From IMG/VR virus record IMGVR_UViG_3300035034_001389: a DNA stretch of 64,000 bases. One strand, 5' to 3'. Both the position numbers and the translations under genes were made by a program. How positions within the stretch are numbered: position 1 is the first letter of the stretch; every line of letters starts with the position of its first letter. The DNA is from an uncultured virus (IMG/VR IMGVR_UViG_3300035034_001389) (taxonomy: Duplodnaviria > Heunggongvirae > Uroviricota > Caudoviricetes). Below are positions 20,001 to 28,349 of this stretch, piece by piece. The notes beneath the pieces were generated by a model, which saw nothing but the letters and a program-made list of their open reading frames with translations, was not told the DNA's origin and ran no database searches.

Positions 20001-20969
20001 CACTGGGAGTGGAAATTATTTAGAGAGAAGCAATTTGAGAAGATTGACCGTAACTTATGGAATGCAATAACTGAATCTATTCTAGGTTTTGAATATGATG
20101 GAACTGATATTGGTGCAAATGTAGCTGTATCACCGACACCAACCGTGACACCAACCGTGACACCAACATTGACACCATATATACCACCATCAGCATCCCC
20201 AACACCGGGAGTAACACCAACCCCAACACCAACAGGTACAGCACCTGTAACGCCATCTCCAACAGCATCGGTTACACCAACTGGTACACCTGCTGGAACG
20301 CCTGCTGTTACAAGCACACCTGCTGGAACGCCTGCTGTAACGCCAACACCAACACCAACACTAACTCCAAACGTTACAAGCACACCTGCAAGCACACCAC
20401 CTGCAACACCACCAGTAACACCTGCCGGTTCAGCTCCTGTTACCGTAACACCAACCAACACACCAGTGGCAACTGCACAACCAACACCAACCCCATCACC
20501 AACTGATAATACTGGTGTGGTTCTTGGTGATAGGGCATTTATAAACATAGACACCGCTCCAGATGTGTCATCGCAGATCACAATAGGATTTGAACCTAAT
20601 GGTAGATTGGGGTACAGAATAGGACAGGGAACTGGATTAATATACATACCGGGAACATGGTGGTCAACATCACCAACAACAACATCATTGGGTGGTTTTT
20701 ATGATATTAGAATAGATTATTTAACTGGAAATCCAGCTAATCAGGTATTTGGACCATCACCCGGAATATGGACTAATTTGGGAACTGCAAAGACTTTCTT
20801 GTGGTCACAAGATGTCGCAGGGTTGTATAATGCATCAATACAGGTACAAATACGAGACTCTAATACCCAGATAGTTAAGGATAGTGCTGTTTTTTCTATT
20901 CAATTGCAGGCTAGAACATCATTTGTTGATAATGGTTCTGGATTTGGTAGAATAGATGACGATAGGTAA
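11100..20969 (+). CDS. Giant (3289 aa) baseplate/virion structural protein with C-terminal Thr/Pro tract and appended domain
   Basis: Directly follows gp6; PPIDIDKLINY and PHLEPWKL motifs of large-myovirus giant baseplate proteins; AATAAATA late-promoter variant at 11058. Confidence 0.65.
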   Translation: MKDNKTDYNKPRTDLNKLLPEVNLDGAEILKGFNDNIFGRFFTKDEIDRIVGYIGTDPQNTSDKNQIIEPSEYRQANQLQPIIYSKVGDIDWFMSFRDFMTRLERLGVNIDRFNEWGASLQFNWVPPIDIDKLINYGDYFWDSDSFNDPPQYVTIKNQENWVNSRLQQSYRSIANGLPTYIIDSYDTGADSITVLSDVSSQITSGIPVILSGNSQDAVFFTPTSVVYDGGGNETVITFDNAEYDITTGVNDVYTNINATQFIITGTETGTRSIFVGDNLTSLFTKSYIFSSEDSPNQPTTLWKVESSEYNNLTNETKITVTEDISGFDWLKVSVKPILRSLQSEVQAISSAPLTSAPYGALTESEMGDIIWTRNTLLYTGTTGGGEGTELGSEVLTDTASGVDFLDGTYLVGDTIRISGTSFDGDYIIENLITSTQVGLSTKFFTDVAIEYEIVRKTSITELESDIAPLLPTTNQVWFDTPNDQLRQWDGADWNVIYDNYSYLVDLTNSSHLINLSQNNPWTTSNKWIHRSNINNFTGKSRAQNPIIEFFPYIELSEFSYSEKVWNYRRTEDITYTESSISPTLFELVDTTKTTSGIEVLFIDDNTIIFGPEFGNMTEGLKSGTEIKLVGFNSNNGEYIVDSSEFVQFVPNSRYQTKITLRSDVVDPLDVPDGAYVAPKFTSTGDLWIDHNTNHWQFNRIENISASSLQPERNPMLDFYVTDYNDGSYESQIGLYFQEYKLLTGEATQTGGVIFTLNSSLHDLALIEDYQEGDVRVYINGVRQYGNYTDIRSASNLNYVGGIKFSSNVSITDNDIVRIEVGEYALEDVGRGSISIPTTTGIELFNLTNNFRLEQDKTERTQYPWFSIYDVNGNRLQIASNVFKYKDVSTGTYFPELDQRIDFNPVSQDYIFDQKLLEPSTGELYLYFDGGEYQDELQSIWKRGINNEQYVPVEKNGFWEIPNQWYFNIKHENRESVSLTETFQHFSSITNSQTVPGIDGTIFNNSYFLDGSPNYGLGGRIKEHNNGFDILASSMFINNVNPLDLIDFARSQYNSAQNNILSIIEDRFVELLTAPLDSNDLGIVNVSQLTDFISYTTKDDYDKNDRLDQWFGDSSTFNPVTNVGVKNWIATAPFFGLQSKTFPYITNDNNGFIQLVHHDGHRKIISVTPAIKSILFQELLKNNPDSTDVQTVTSESDPFPVTIKLSPVESGDYIIRTNSTLKTRNLYRYSNIDTWELVDLNLIYAKSLLNIELSLYNVLSDELLSENFTSVFDFRQTRSDIEYRTKSQERFSNYISENNIQAPFLNNGYVQNNPFTWNYAYTPIPTDPRNGELNPNVFASWQALYETIYRTPYPHLEPWKLQQFNDKPDWWDNEYLSGTTTRIWKSTMWSNIIDGKIPVGEIDPYGNIGTGLSNQIADRFTYIPVNSSNTPTLDGYGPDEILPPYWNSNNSPINSVRSLYDSALQEFITTPSADYQFGQLSPTEWEWKSSIYNIYDEFNIAFKLSPLKFTNQTFGLELIDVACLQVDSRVNKVSRHDETILHGDLGSDSTINRVNGFNQWYIHFNRYNGFDGASSEFREMWSGWTNPLTYQFGAFIDTETFDVDSEFFDVVNRDYDVLFKKSSGIRDIWLDSLTATITSSPSKFATEFDSSNDWTVEFNSTSPISRPIEYFGTQSYPVRVTAGDDTIKVFSFRISSAEVNESFGFDTIQYAETASSSTPTTLLNDNTAYSASVFFDNTTVVNLSIIGKNAQTFGELVSVIDTQLGSNGSAFLEDGNLVISSDTLGGNTKAVVTDLGLFITASPNFLGTTGNKFNLVSFDKVFYIDGDLSKYFPDGSLFTVSDSTNFNGTYTVSSAFYNVSTKETRIEIRETVEITESTVDGFIEPSTGVDLPEEWITGTGVNWVDGGSLPAEFNDINLYYIIRVDDRSFKLSPTRESAIAGINFITPTTTGSTQNYIGRIKNTFTAFSGRNVQAYWKQHYVDNRSTFTNPAPISISGIQNIIDFINGYSVYLESIGFVYEDEDGTNRDSSTGRTLDWLFETEKLIEFIYASRKNQQSTREEYPVTLNSGSNVFTSDRAITLSTGTKVNLIVNNNGTLPIEFDNPISDSIVYYIIQTATPGVYQLAGSSVQAKNGNALPFSDNGSGEIKLVEYIDTDRLPSLPLNPHKNQISIDHATGIISNMVAGTDLDLITDQRIYTAENKTLTVNDILVFRNDLKTTIGLTPTTKDSNSSNSSNVSEISGMHVFFDGYEHVIQFKNSSSNDVLIYDQFLGINTLRFSLELDRQVGFTLRPNVGGNVILDRSQNQNIESAIESIRFAYSTYRSREGDYITDKVRDSLGYDGPFDYADDIGITDKTQFIFYRGLIQTKGTNFAANAFANQSQYEGLDVDEFWAYRLDCFGDSKEKKYPEFRLKSNEVSRKDLRLEFVESLGTPSDNTFIGIDITDDTRWFEQPDQVEKLLPRDRLYTTVTVVEKIEDVVNSPQYFTIANITPEDDKYVELSSPADFAIITYLAASGTNFDQRAEFTEGVEFEFVTNTLIKFIGEKNPDTFTDITIYTLTYNYDAQNPANIINRKTNTVVTEVPFWNPSRGQYYSGAIYGVNFQKSTDPAIYTEWVESVPSTYTYTWNSNFKNNIWFDTNLEYYLPYDDSNITTNIDSRINNWGKLSNFGEVRVYQWTESDVLPSEYDDQSIQNNNDNSLLIDERKTGISRKVVYRNDGTSVSPIWVEERDEVFEFIAEIVETSGDNSLTGKGAPLTAVYVYVDGVGSNTDTFTFNDTTFKDLADYVSGDTGISPISPAPNQGKTIQVVSRATLPTPQQLTDVDYKIDTPFTAVNRIDPITGRSIPKYYFWVEDTLNPLPITGGSTSKTTAKNIKDGLVNIPTPYMIPNNIVDITTTSFSKLFTTNKPTKENTVSYEYPLVYNQLIIKSIGNNVPNEDFYTLRFTKDYTLRDRLLDTEDDVSDLERKNLHWEWKLFREKQFEKIDRNLWNAITESILGFEYDGTDIGANVAVSPTPTVTPTVTPTLTPYIPPSASPTPGVTPTPTPTGTAPVTPSPTASVTPTGTPAGTPAVTSTPAGTPAVTPTPTPTLTPNVTSTPASTPPATPPVTPAGSAPVTVTPTNTPVATAQPTPTPSPTDNTGVVLGDRAFINIDTAPDVSSQITIGFEPNGRLGYRIGQGTGLIYIPGTWWSTSPTTTSLGGFYDIRIDYLTGNPANQVFGPSPGIWTNLGTAKTFLWSQDVAGLYNASIQVQIRDSNTQIVKDSAVFSIQLQARTSFVDNGSGFGRIDDDR
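20122..20505 (+). repeat. Mucin-like Thr/Pro/Val/Ala coding tract
   Basis: [16 protein letters not shown]...TPAGTPAVT...PTPTPSPT. Confidence 0.9.
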
Positions 20970-20974
20970 ATAAT

Positions 20975-22030
20975 ATGCGATTTGAATATACACAAGGGTT
21001 AGCTTATAACACAACTGCTTCTAATTTTTTAGAACGCAATGTTACTGGTGGTGTGGATATAAGTATACCTAAGACATCAAATATATCTGTGATCTTCTCA
21101 CATGGTGAAGGTAACTATTTAGTAGAACAAGGTAGATTGGCAAAGGCATGGAACTTTGCATTTTCTGACACATCATCATATTGGCTATATTTTGATATTG
21201 ATGTGTTGGATGCTAAGTTAACATATGGGTTTACAACACTGGCACCCAAATTTGGTTTAACACGCCCATCAACACCAACAACTGGTGAAAATTTCTTTGA
21301 TAAAAATATTAATAAAATGCTAGAATGGAACGGTGGGAGATGGATTGAAAAAATACGTGTGTTTGCAGGTAGTTTAAAAAATGGCAACCTTACTACCAAT
21401 AGTTCAAGAACCCAAGTAGACGCACATTTCGATGTTAATGCTGAAAACATTTCACTATTTAATGCATCACACCCAAGTCGCATTGAATTTGGAAATGGTG
21501 ATTTTATTTTCTTAACGAATGGTGATAGTATTAATGACATCAATTCATTTAAATTTAAAAGATTGGATTACCCACTCATTGCTGCTCGTGATTTACCTCA
21601 ATACACGGCAGTAATGTTAGATGATAATGGTGAACTGGTACCCGCAACTAATCGAGAACAAGTAAAGGAAGCTATTGGTATCGTTGATATAGAATATTCT
21701 GCCGGTGATGATGTTCTACCAATAATAAGAGGATTTATAAGCGACCCATCATTTTTTGCATTTTCTGAAAGTGCAATGTGGCCTCTGTTTACAGACGATA
21801 GTGGTGCAATAACTCCAACAGCACCAACCACATCCGCACTACAGAAAATAGGATTTGTTGTAAATGTTAATACTATGTACGTTGATATAACTCCAAAATT
21901 ATTAATTATTGGTGTCACACCACCTAATGTTACAGTAACTCCAACTCTAACCCCATCAGCTACGGTAACTCCAACTCCAACTGTTACACCAACAGTAACC
22001 CCATCACCATCACCATCACCATCAGTATAA
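20975..22030 (+). CDS. Virion structural/decoration protein, paralog 1 (shared ~310-aa module plus Thr/Pro tail ending PSPSV)
   Basis: Motifs QG, WLYxD, WNGxxW, RVFAG and AIGI are shared with the next two ORFs. Confidence 0.6.
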   Translation: MRFEYTQGLAYNTTASNFLERNVTGGVDISIPKTSNISVIFSHGEGNYLVEQGRLAKAWNFAFSDTSSYWLYFDIDVLDAKLTYGFTTLAPKFGLTRPSTPTTGENFFDKNINKMLEWNGGRWIEKIRVFAGSLKNGNLTTNSSRTQVDAHFDVNAENISLFNASHPSRIEFGNGDFIFLTNGDSINDINSFKFKRLDYPLIAARDLPQYTAVMLDDNGELVPATNREQVKEAIGIVDIEYSAGDDVLPIIRGFISDPSFFAFSESAMWPLFTDDSGAITPTAPTTSALQKIGFVVNVNTMYVDITPKLLIIGVTPPNVTVTPTLTPSATVTPTPTVTPTVTPSPSPSPSV

Positions 22031-22032
22031 AA

Positions 22033-22040
22033 TATAAATA
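22033..22040 (+). promoter_or_regulatory. T4-type late promoter
   Basis: TATAAATA, 18 nt before ATG 22059. Confidence 0.7.
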
Positions 22041-22058
22041 CTATAAAAGAGAATATTT

Positions 22059-24425
22059 ATGTTAACTAATATAAGACAAGGTATAATACAATCCCCTGAT
22101 AGTGGCAGGTTCTTAGTTAATACTTCTAAGGGTATTGATATTGTACTAAATTCACAGTCATTATTATTTACATTGGCAAATGGCAGTATAGATTATATCC
22201 ATTACGAGTCTGAAGATATAACAAGTGCGTGGACCAACACATTTACATCAAGAACTAACTTTTGGTTATATATTGATATCAATACCACTACTGCCAAACG
22301 GACATTCGGTAGTACATCAATTGCACCATCATCTGGTAATACTAGACCATCATCACCATCAAAAGATCAACATTTTTTTAATTATTCCAATAATAGTATG
22401 GAAGTTTGGAATGGATTTGAGTGGAATATAGTATTGCGTGTATTCATCGGTAAACTAATTTCAGGTAAAGTTGAGGAATATCAAGTGGGTACACAGGTTA
22501 GACTATATAGTCAGAGATTAGCAGGTGAAATTCTATTTGATGAAAATATTGAACCAATGTTCGATAGTGATGGTAAGTTCGTAACTAGTGAAACACCTGT
22601 TAAAACTGTTGACAGTGGAGACTATTCATTTAAACTTGATGTTAAACAAATACGAGCAAGAGCCATTGATAATATTCCTAAATATCATGGGGTTACATGG
22701 AAGGGTAATGGTAAATTAGGTATAGCTGTAAGGGACTCAGATAATAGGGGTGACTGTGTTGGACTGGCAGCAAATAACATATTTAAAAATGAAATAAGTA
22801 CGTTTATTACGTCTGGATATGTAACCAATGAAGAATGGAACTTCGCAAATAGAGCTGGCACACCAGTATACTTAAGTGAGTCTGGTGCAGTTACAGATGT
22901 CATCCCAAGAACAGGTAGAATAATACAGTTTTTAGGAACAATAACTACCCGTAATACAATTTATCTAGCAATAAAAGACAAAATGTTAGTTAATGGACCT
23001 ATATTATCACCAACACCAGAACCTTCAATTACACCATCATCCTCACCACCACCACCATTCACTGGTGGTTTATATAGTCAATATTTTCTTGATGAAACCG
23101 CAGATGAAATAATATTAGGTGCAGCATCTGATGGTAACTTCACAACATATGCAGTAGGTTCTACCACTACAACGGGTGTGACTAATGGTATTTTATTTGA
23201 AATAAACCATGCAAATAATAGCAATGTAGTAGTCAAATCTAAGAAATTTGCAGGTGATGCAAATATCAGTGAACTAAATAGAATAGTATATCATAATGAT
23301 GAGTTATATATGTCTGGTACTGTTGATGGATATACATTTCTTATGAAAACCAATCTAAATTTTGATATTATATGGCAACAAGTTTTTGATTCAGCATCAA
23401 GCACATCAGGGGAACCAACGGTAAATAATTACGGTGCAAAAATTGAAAACTTCATAATAGTAAATGAAAGCGGAACCGATTATATATATTCTTCTGGTTT
23501 TATAGAGCGCGAGAACTTTGGAATTTCACAAACTGATTTTCATATTGCAAAATATGATATGAGCGGAAATATATTATTGCAAAATGGAATTCGTCGAGCA
23601 TCTAACTTCGATGCATATGCTAAAAGTATAAAGGAAGAAAATGGATATATTGTAGTAACTGGGCATCTTCAACAGCCGTTTTTTTCCCCAAGTACTGCAA
23701 TATTTACGGTTAGAAGGGATGATATTGCATTGATCGACGGTAGGCTAATAGGAACTACACCCTTTGGAATCGAAGCATTGAGAACAGATGATACATATTA
23801 TATCATAGTTAACGAGGGTTTTGTCAGTTCAATAGCATCAATGGATATAGCCACATCTAATTTAAATTGGGCTAAGGGTTCTAATAATGGTGAATTAACT
23901 CAAATTGATATTAACTCAGATAATACAATACTAACCATAACAGGTCAGTCAACGTCGAGTAAAATCCCCATATCGATGCGACTTGATGCGTCTACAGGTG
24001 AGGTTATAGATGGATTCACACTATCTGCAAGTTCTACACCACCTGTAAGAAACGGAATATTTAATAAATTAATTGTTGATGATAGTAACAATGTTTTTGC
24101 ATATGGTGCAATGGTTCATAATGATAATTCTACAACTCAAATGATTTCACTTGTTGGTAATTCTTATGGACAGTCTAATAATGGGGTTGGGATTTCTATC
24201 TCAGATATCAAACTTGACCAGCGTAGTACTGCACTTCCAAATTCGTTGACTAATGATTCTACTGGAACTGAGACACGTGGTGGGGACGCATCTGCAATAC
24301 AACTTACTGCATTAAGCTATACATTTACAGACACTAATATAATATCTGAAAGTACCGAATTTGATGGTATTGTTACACCAACCCCAACACCAACCCCAAC
24401 CCCGACTCCATCACCGTCAGTATAA
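22059..24425 (+). CDS. Virion structural protein, paralog 2 (shared module, Pro/Ser linker, beta-propeller-like region, Thr/Pro tail ending PSPSV)
   Basis: N-terminal paralogy to both neighbours; repeated K-x-D/N-x-x-G/F-x-I-x-W-like blades. Confidence 0.6.
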   Translation: MLTNIRQGIIQSPDSGRFLVNTSKGIDIVLNSQSLLFTLANGSIDYIHYESEDITSAWTNTFTSRTNFWLYIDINTTTAKRTFGSTSIAPSSGNTRPSSPSKDQHFFNYSNNSMEVWNGFEWNIVLRVFIGKLISGKVEEYQVGTQVRLYSQRLAGEILFDENIEPMFDSDGKFVTSETPVKTVDSGDYSFKLDVKQIRARAIDNIPKYHGVTWKGNGKLGIAVRDSDNRGDCVGLAANNIFKNEISTFITSGYVTNEEWNFANRAGTPVYLSESGAVTDVIPRTGRIIQFLGTITTRNTIYLAIKDKMLVNGPILSPTPEPSITPSSSPPPPFTGGLYSQYFLDETADEIILGAASDGNFTTYAVGSTTTTGVTNGILFEINHANNSNVVVKSKKFAGDANISELNRIVYHNDELYMSGTVDGYTFLMKTNLNFDIIWQQVFDSASSTSGEPTVNNYGAKIENFIIVNESGTDYIYSSGFIERENFGISQTDFHIAKYDMSGNILLQNGIRRASNFDAYAKSIKEENGYIVVTGHLQQPFFSPSTAIFTVRRDDIALIDGRLIGTTPFGIEALRTDDTYYIIVNEGFVSSIASMDIATSNLNWAKGSNNGELTQIDINSDNTILTITGQSTSSKIPISMRLDASTGEVIDGFTLSASSTPPVRNGIFNKLIVDDSNNVFAYGAMVHNDNSTTQMISLVGNSYGQSNNGVGISISDIKLDQRSTALPNSLTNDSTGTETRGGDASAIQLTALSYTFTDTNIISESTEFDGIVTPTPTPTPTPTPSPSV

Positions 24426-24428
24426 ATA
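24421..24428 (+). promoter_or_regulatory. T4-type late promoter overlapping the upstream stop codon
   Basis: GTA TAA ATA contains TATAAATA. Confidence 0.7.
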
Positions 24429-24444
24429 GTATAAAGGGTATAAA

Positions 24445-26616
24445 ATGTTAACAGTAATTAGACAAGGAATAATAGAAATCAACGCACCTACTAACTTTTT
24501 AGAGTTATCTGGTGATGATGTAAATATTATTGCTAGTACTGGAAGCACAATATTTACATTTGCAGATATTGATACTAATTATTTACATACTGAAAATAAT
24601 GATGTGACTCCTGCATGGGAAGGTCCATTTGATTCTTCTGATAGATGGTTGTATATTGATTTAGATGTGACAACCGGAATAAGAACATTTGGTACTACAA
24701 TTGTAGAACCACAATTTGGAACATCTAAACCCCAAAACCCAACAACAGATTTACATTATTTTGATTTAGATGCTAATGTAATGTATGTGTGGAATGGTAA
24801 TAGTTGGGATAGGAGAATTCGGGTTTTTGCTGGAACATTAGAAGATGGTGTCACATTAACTGAGTATGCGGTTGGTTCTCAGGTAGGATTAACGGGTTCA
24901 TTTTCAATCGGAGCTATTGTTACAGATTTAACTTCTAATATTAAGAGGGCCAATGGGACATTCCTCACTACAGAAACACCATTGTCAAAAACATTTAACG
25001 AAACAAATAACAGTGCACAGGAAGCTAGAATATTTAGGGCTAAAGCAAATACAGGTATACGTAAATTTCAACCAGTTGTATATGTAGAATCAAATGAAAT
25101 TAAACCAGCTAGTTCATTGGATGTTTCTTTAGGTGGATGCATTGGCATTGCTACAATGGATATGAAAATGGGTGATGTAAGTGATGTATATAGATACGGA
25201 TATATAGAAAATTCAGAATGGAACTTTACAGAATCTCCCGGAACATCATTATTTCTTAATAGGCAGAATGAAATAACTAGTAACACCCCTAATGTTGGAT
25301 ACATTCAAAAGCTTGGGCATGTTGTTTCTGCAACTAAAATATTTCTAGATATTCAAGAACGTGTCATTGTTGGTGTTATACCACCCTCATCAACCCCCTC
25401 ATCAACCCCCTCATCAACCCCAACAGTCACACCAACCCAAACGGTTACTGTGACACCGACCGTTACTGTGACACCGACCGTTACAGTAACCCCAACGGCC
25501 ACAGTAACCCCAACTCCAACAGTATCACCATCCGTAGCAGGTCCACAACCATTCATATCTGAATGGACTACAACCGGGGCTGGCGAATCAATAGAATTGC
25601 CACTAAGAGCAACTGGTGGTTATACTTTTGATGTGGACTGGGGTGATGGGGACAATGATACAATAACAACATATAATCAATCCGAAGTAACACATACGTA
25701 TGCGGTGGCAGATACTTATACTGTAACTATTACTGGGACAATAATAGGATTCTCATTTAATGGACCAGTTGACGCTACAAAGATAACAAACATTTCACAA
25801 TGGGGAACATTACGATTAGGAAATGATGGTGGGTATTTTAATGGATGTACCAATCTAACTATAACTACACCCGATGACACACTTGATATGACAGGAACTA
25901 CAAATTTATTCCGAGCATGGCGACAATGTGAAAGTATGACTTCATTTCCACTAATAGATACTAGTAATGTTACCAATTTTACTTCAGCTTGGGAAGAGTG
26001 TTCTTTACTTTCAGAGTTCCCACTAATTGACACTAGTAGCGCATTATCATTGGAATATACTTGGTCGTATTGTGGCTTAACATCATTCCCATTAATAAAC
26101 ACTGCAAGTGTAACTGATTTTGAAGGAAGCTGGGAAGGATGTTCATTACTTGCAACCTTCCCATTAATTGATGTGAGTGGGGCGACATTACTAGCATTTA
26201 CTTGGAATGCATGTGGATCACTCACATCATTTCCACTAATAGATATTTCGGATATAACTGTGTTGCAAGCAACATGGTTTAACTGTACTGGGCTAACTAG
26301 CTTTCCAACGATGGACTTTACTAACGTAATAACACTAAATCAACCGTGGTCGGGCTGTACAAGTTTAACAACATTAGGCACTGATTTCGGACTCACAATG
26401 GGCAATGTTACTACATTTACCTCAACATTTTCTTTTGCTCCATTAAATACTACTTCTTATGAAGCACTACTAGTTGATTTGGAGGCAGTTAATGCGACTA
26501 ATAGTGTATTCTTTAGTAGTGATGGTACTTATAATGACCCTAGTGCCGGTGCAACCGCTAGGCAGGCTCTTATTGATGATCACTCATGGACATTTTTCGG
26601 TGACTCTAGCATATAA
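24445..26616 (+). CDS. Virion protein, paralog 3 (shared module, mucin-like linker, PKD-like domain, BspA/DUF285-type leucine-rich repeats)
   Basis: VDWGDG...HTYA...YTVTITG (PKD-like); ~23-aa repeats SFPLIDTSxVTxFxxxWxxCxxLT. Confidence 0.7.
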   Translation: MLTVIRQGIIEINAPTNFLELSGDDVNIIASTGSTIFTFADIDTNYLHTENNDVTPAWEGPFDSSDRWLYIDLDVTTGIRTFGTTIVEPQFGTSKPQNPTTDLHYFDLDANVMYVWNGNSWDRRIRVFAGTLEDGVTLTEYAVGSQVGLTGSFSIGAIVTDLTSNIKRANGTFLTTETPLSKTFNETNNSAQEARIFRAKANTGIRKFQPVVYVESNEIKPASSLDVSLGGCIGIATMDMKMGDVSDVYRYGYIENSEWNFTESPGTSLFLNRQNEITSNTPNVGYIQKLGHVVSATKIFLDIQERVIVGVIPPSSTPSSTPSSTPTVTPTQTVTVTPTVTVTPTVTVTPTATVTPTPTVSPSVAGPQPFISEWTTTGAGESIELPLRATGGYTFDVDWGDGDNDTITTYNQSEVTHTYAVADTYTVTITGTIIGFSFNGPVDATKITNISQWGTLRLGNDGGYFNGCTNLTITTPDDTLDMTGTTNLFRAWRQCESMTSFPLIDTSNVTNFTSAWEECSLLSEFPLIDTSSALSLEYTWSYCGLTSFPLINTASVTDFEGSWEGCSLLATFPLIDVSGATLLAFTWNACGSLTSFPLIDISDITVLQATWFNCTGLTSFPTMDFTNVITLNQPWSGCTSLTTLGTDFGLTMGNVTTFTSTFSFAPLNTTSYEALLVDLEAVNATNSVFFSSDGTYNDPSAGATARQALIDDHSWTFFGDSSI

Positions 26617-26641
26617 TTAATTTACAAGTTATTAGATTTTT

Positions 26642-26649
26642 TATAAATA
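26642..26649 (+). promoter_or_regulatory. T4-type late promoter
   Basis: TATAAATA upstream of a GAGG SD and ATG 26678. Confidence 0.7.
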
Positions 26650-26677
26650 TTATAAACAATACTAATTGAGGTAATAC

Positions 26678-27478
26678 ATGAAACATTTAGGTAATTTGGA
26701 ATTAAGTCAATCTAGCCAAATTCTAGGAAATAAAACAGAATCATTATCCACGGCACCTGACTTTATAGAGGTTGATGAATCTAGATTAATTTATAATACT
26801 GGAGCTAAAACACTTCAGTATAACAATGGAACTGAATGGAAAACTTTACTATCGGGACTTGATGCCACATCATCTGTAGTACGTAACACATTTGGATCAG
26901 ACCTAGCCAATGCTGATTTATCATTTAACCCAACAGCTATTAATGAATTGGATAATATTGATGGTCTTAATGGTAACAGTGGAATATATGATGTCATAGT
27001 TCAATTAGATGCTGCAATAACATCACAGCTTAGTAATTTAATTGGAGGTGTTACAGTAAATTTAACCGATCTAGTAGATAATGAGATTTTATTTTATGAT
27101 GGTAGTGAATTTGTAAATGGGCCACTTAGTGGCCTGATTGGTGAACTGGAAATCAATATTAACCAATTGAATAATGTTACCTTAGAAGACCAATTAGAAA
27201 ACGACATATTAATATTTCGTGGTGGTGTGTGGAATAACACTAGACTATTTTATAAGTATGATGACACTAGTGGGTTGAATAGTACATTCAGCATAACACA
27301 TAGTATTGGACAAAAGTATTGTCATGTTGATATAATTGATAGATCGACAAGCACAGAATCTATCATAGACCCATCATTAGTAACATCAATAGTTTTTACA
27401 GATGAAAACACTATTGATGTTACATTAACTGAAACAAAGGCAGTTAGTATTATTGTTACTGGATTACAGCAATCTTAA
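26678..27478 (+). CDS. Virion structural (fibre-associated) protein
   Basis: Late promoter; LIYNT...YNNGTEW and ILFYDGSEFVN fibre-type motifs; C-terminal small beta domain (FSITHSIG). Confidence 0.55.
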   Translation: MKHLGNLELSQSSQILGNKTESLSTAPDFIEVDESRLIYNTGAKTLQYNNGTEWKTLLSGLDATSSVVRNTFGSDLANADLSFNPTAINELDNIDGLNGNSGIYDVIVQLDAAITSQLSNLIGGVTVNLTDLVDNEILFYDGSEFVNGPLSGLIGELEININQLNNVTLEDQLENDILIFRGGVWNNTRLFYKYDDTSGLNSTFSITHSIGQKYCHVDIIDRSTSTESIIDPSLVTSIVFTDENTIDVTLTETKAVSIIVTGLQQS

Positions 27479-28338
27479 GCTGAAAATGGATAATCGATCT
27501 TAGGGTGTGATATATAATCAATAAAGTCGAAATCATTAACACTCACCCATGTTTCTAAATCCTCAAGTGATCTAATATTAGGATTAATCCATAATGTGGG
27601 TGGATCAAATGGGACTCTTTCAACCTGTTCTTTTGCTAATTCCATTTGGTCGGCATAAATATGAATATTCCACATCATATGCGTAAATTCACCAGCCTCC
27701 AAACCAGTTATTTGAGCCACAATTTTTAACAATAGTGCATAACTTGCAATATTCATAGGTATACCCAATGGAACATCACATGATCGCTGATACATACACA
27801 TATCTAACTTACCATCTCTAATACCAAACTGATAAAACATATGACATGGTGGTAAGGCTTGTAAATGGACTTCACCCGGATTCCAGTGAGATACTATTAA
27901 CCGTCGATCATCTACACCACTACTAAGTTTATCAATACAATTTTTTAATTGATCTACTGAATCACCACCCAAACCACTCTTCCAGTCCCTAGCCTGAACA
28001 CCATAAATTCTACCAAGGTCATCTTCACCCTTACGATTTGGATTTTTCAGCCAATCAACTGATTCATTAGCATTGGCATTCCAAAAATTACACTTTAAGT
28101 CTCTAAAATCTTTAGCGTTATCTACACCTCGAATAAAACCAATAAGTTCACCAATCATGGCCTTAACAGCCATTTTTTTAGTTGTAAGTAGTGGAAATTC
28201 ACCAGATGATAAGTCAAATTTCATCATATCACCATGATAAAAATAACAACCTTTGCCAGTTCGTTCATTCTCTCTATATGATCCATTACTCTGGATATTT
28301 TTTATTAAGTCAATATATTGTGTTTCAAAGTTATTCAT
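27475..28338 (-). CDS. thyA: Thymidylate synthase
   Basis: RTG, FPLLTTKK, LPPCH catalytic Cys, YQRSCDVPLGIPMN (dUMP-specifying Asn), HIY. Confidence 0.95.
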   Translation of the reverse strand: MNNFETQYIDLIKNIQSNGSYRENERTGKGCYFYHGDMMKFDLSSGEFPLLTTKKMAVKAMIGELIGFIRGVDNAKDFRDLKCNFWNANANESVDWLKNPNRKGEDDLGRIYGVQARDWKSGLGGDSVDQLKNCIDKLSSGVDDRRLIVSHWNPGEVHLQALPPCHMFYQFGIRDGKLDMCMYQRSCDVPLGIPMNIASYALLLKIVAQITGLEAGEFTHMMWNIHIYADQMELAKEQVERVPFDPPTLWINPNIRSLEDLETWVSVNDFDFIDYISHPKIDYPFSA

Positions 28339-28349
28339 AATTCTCCGTT

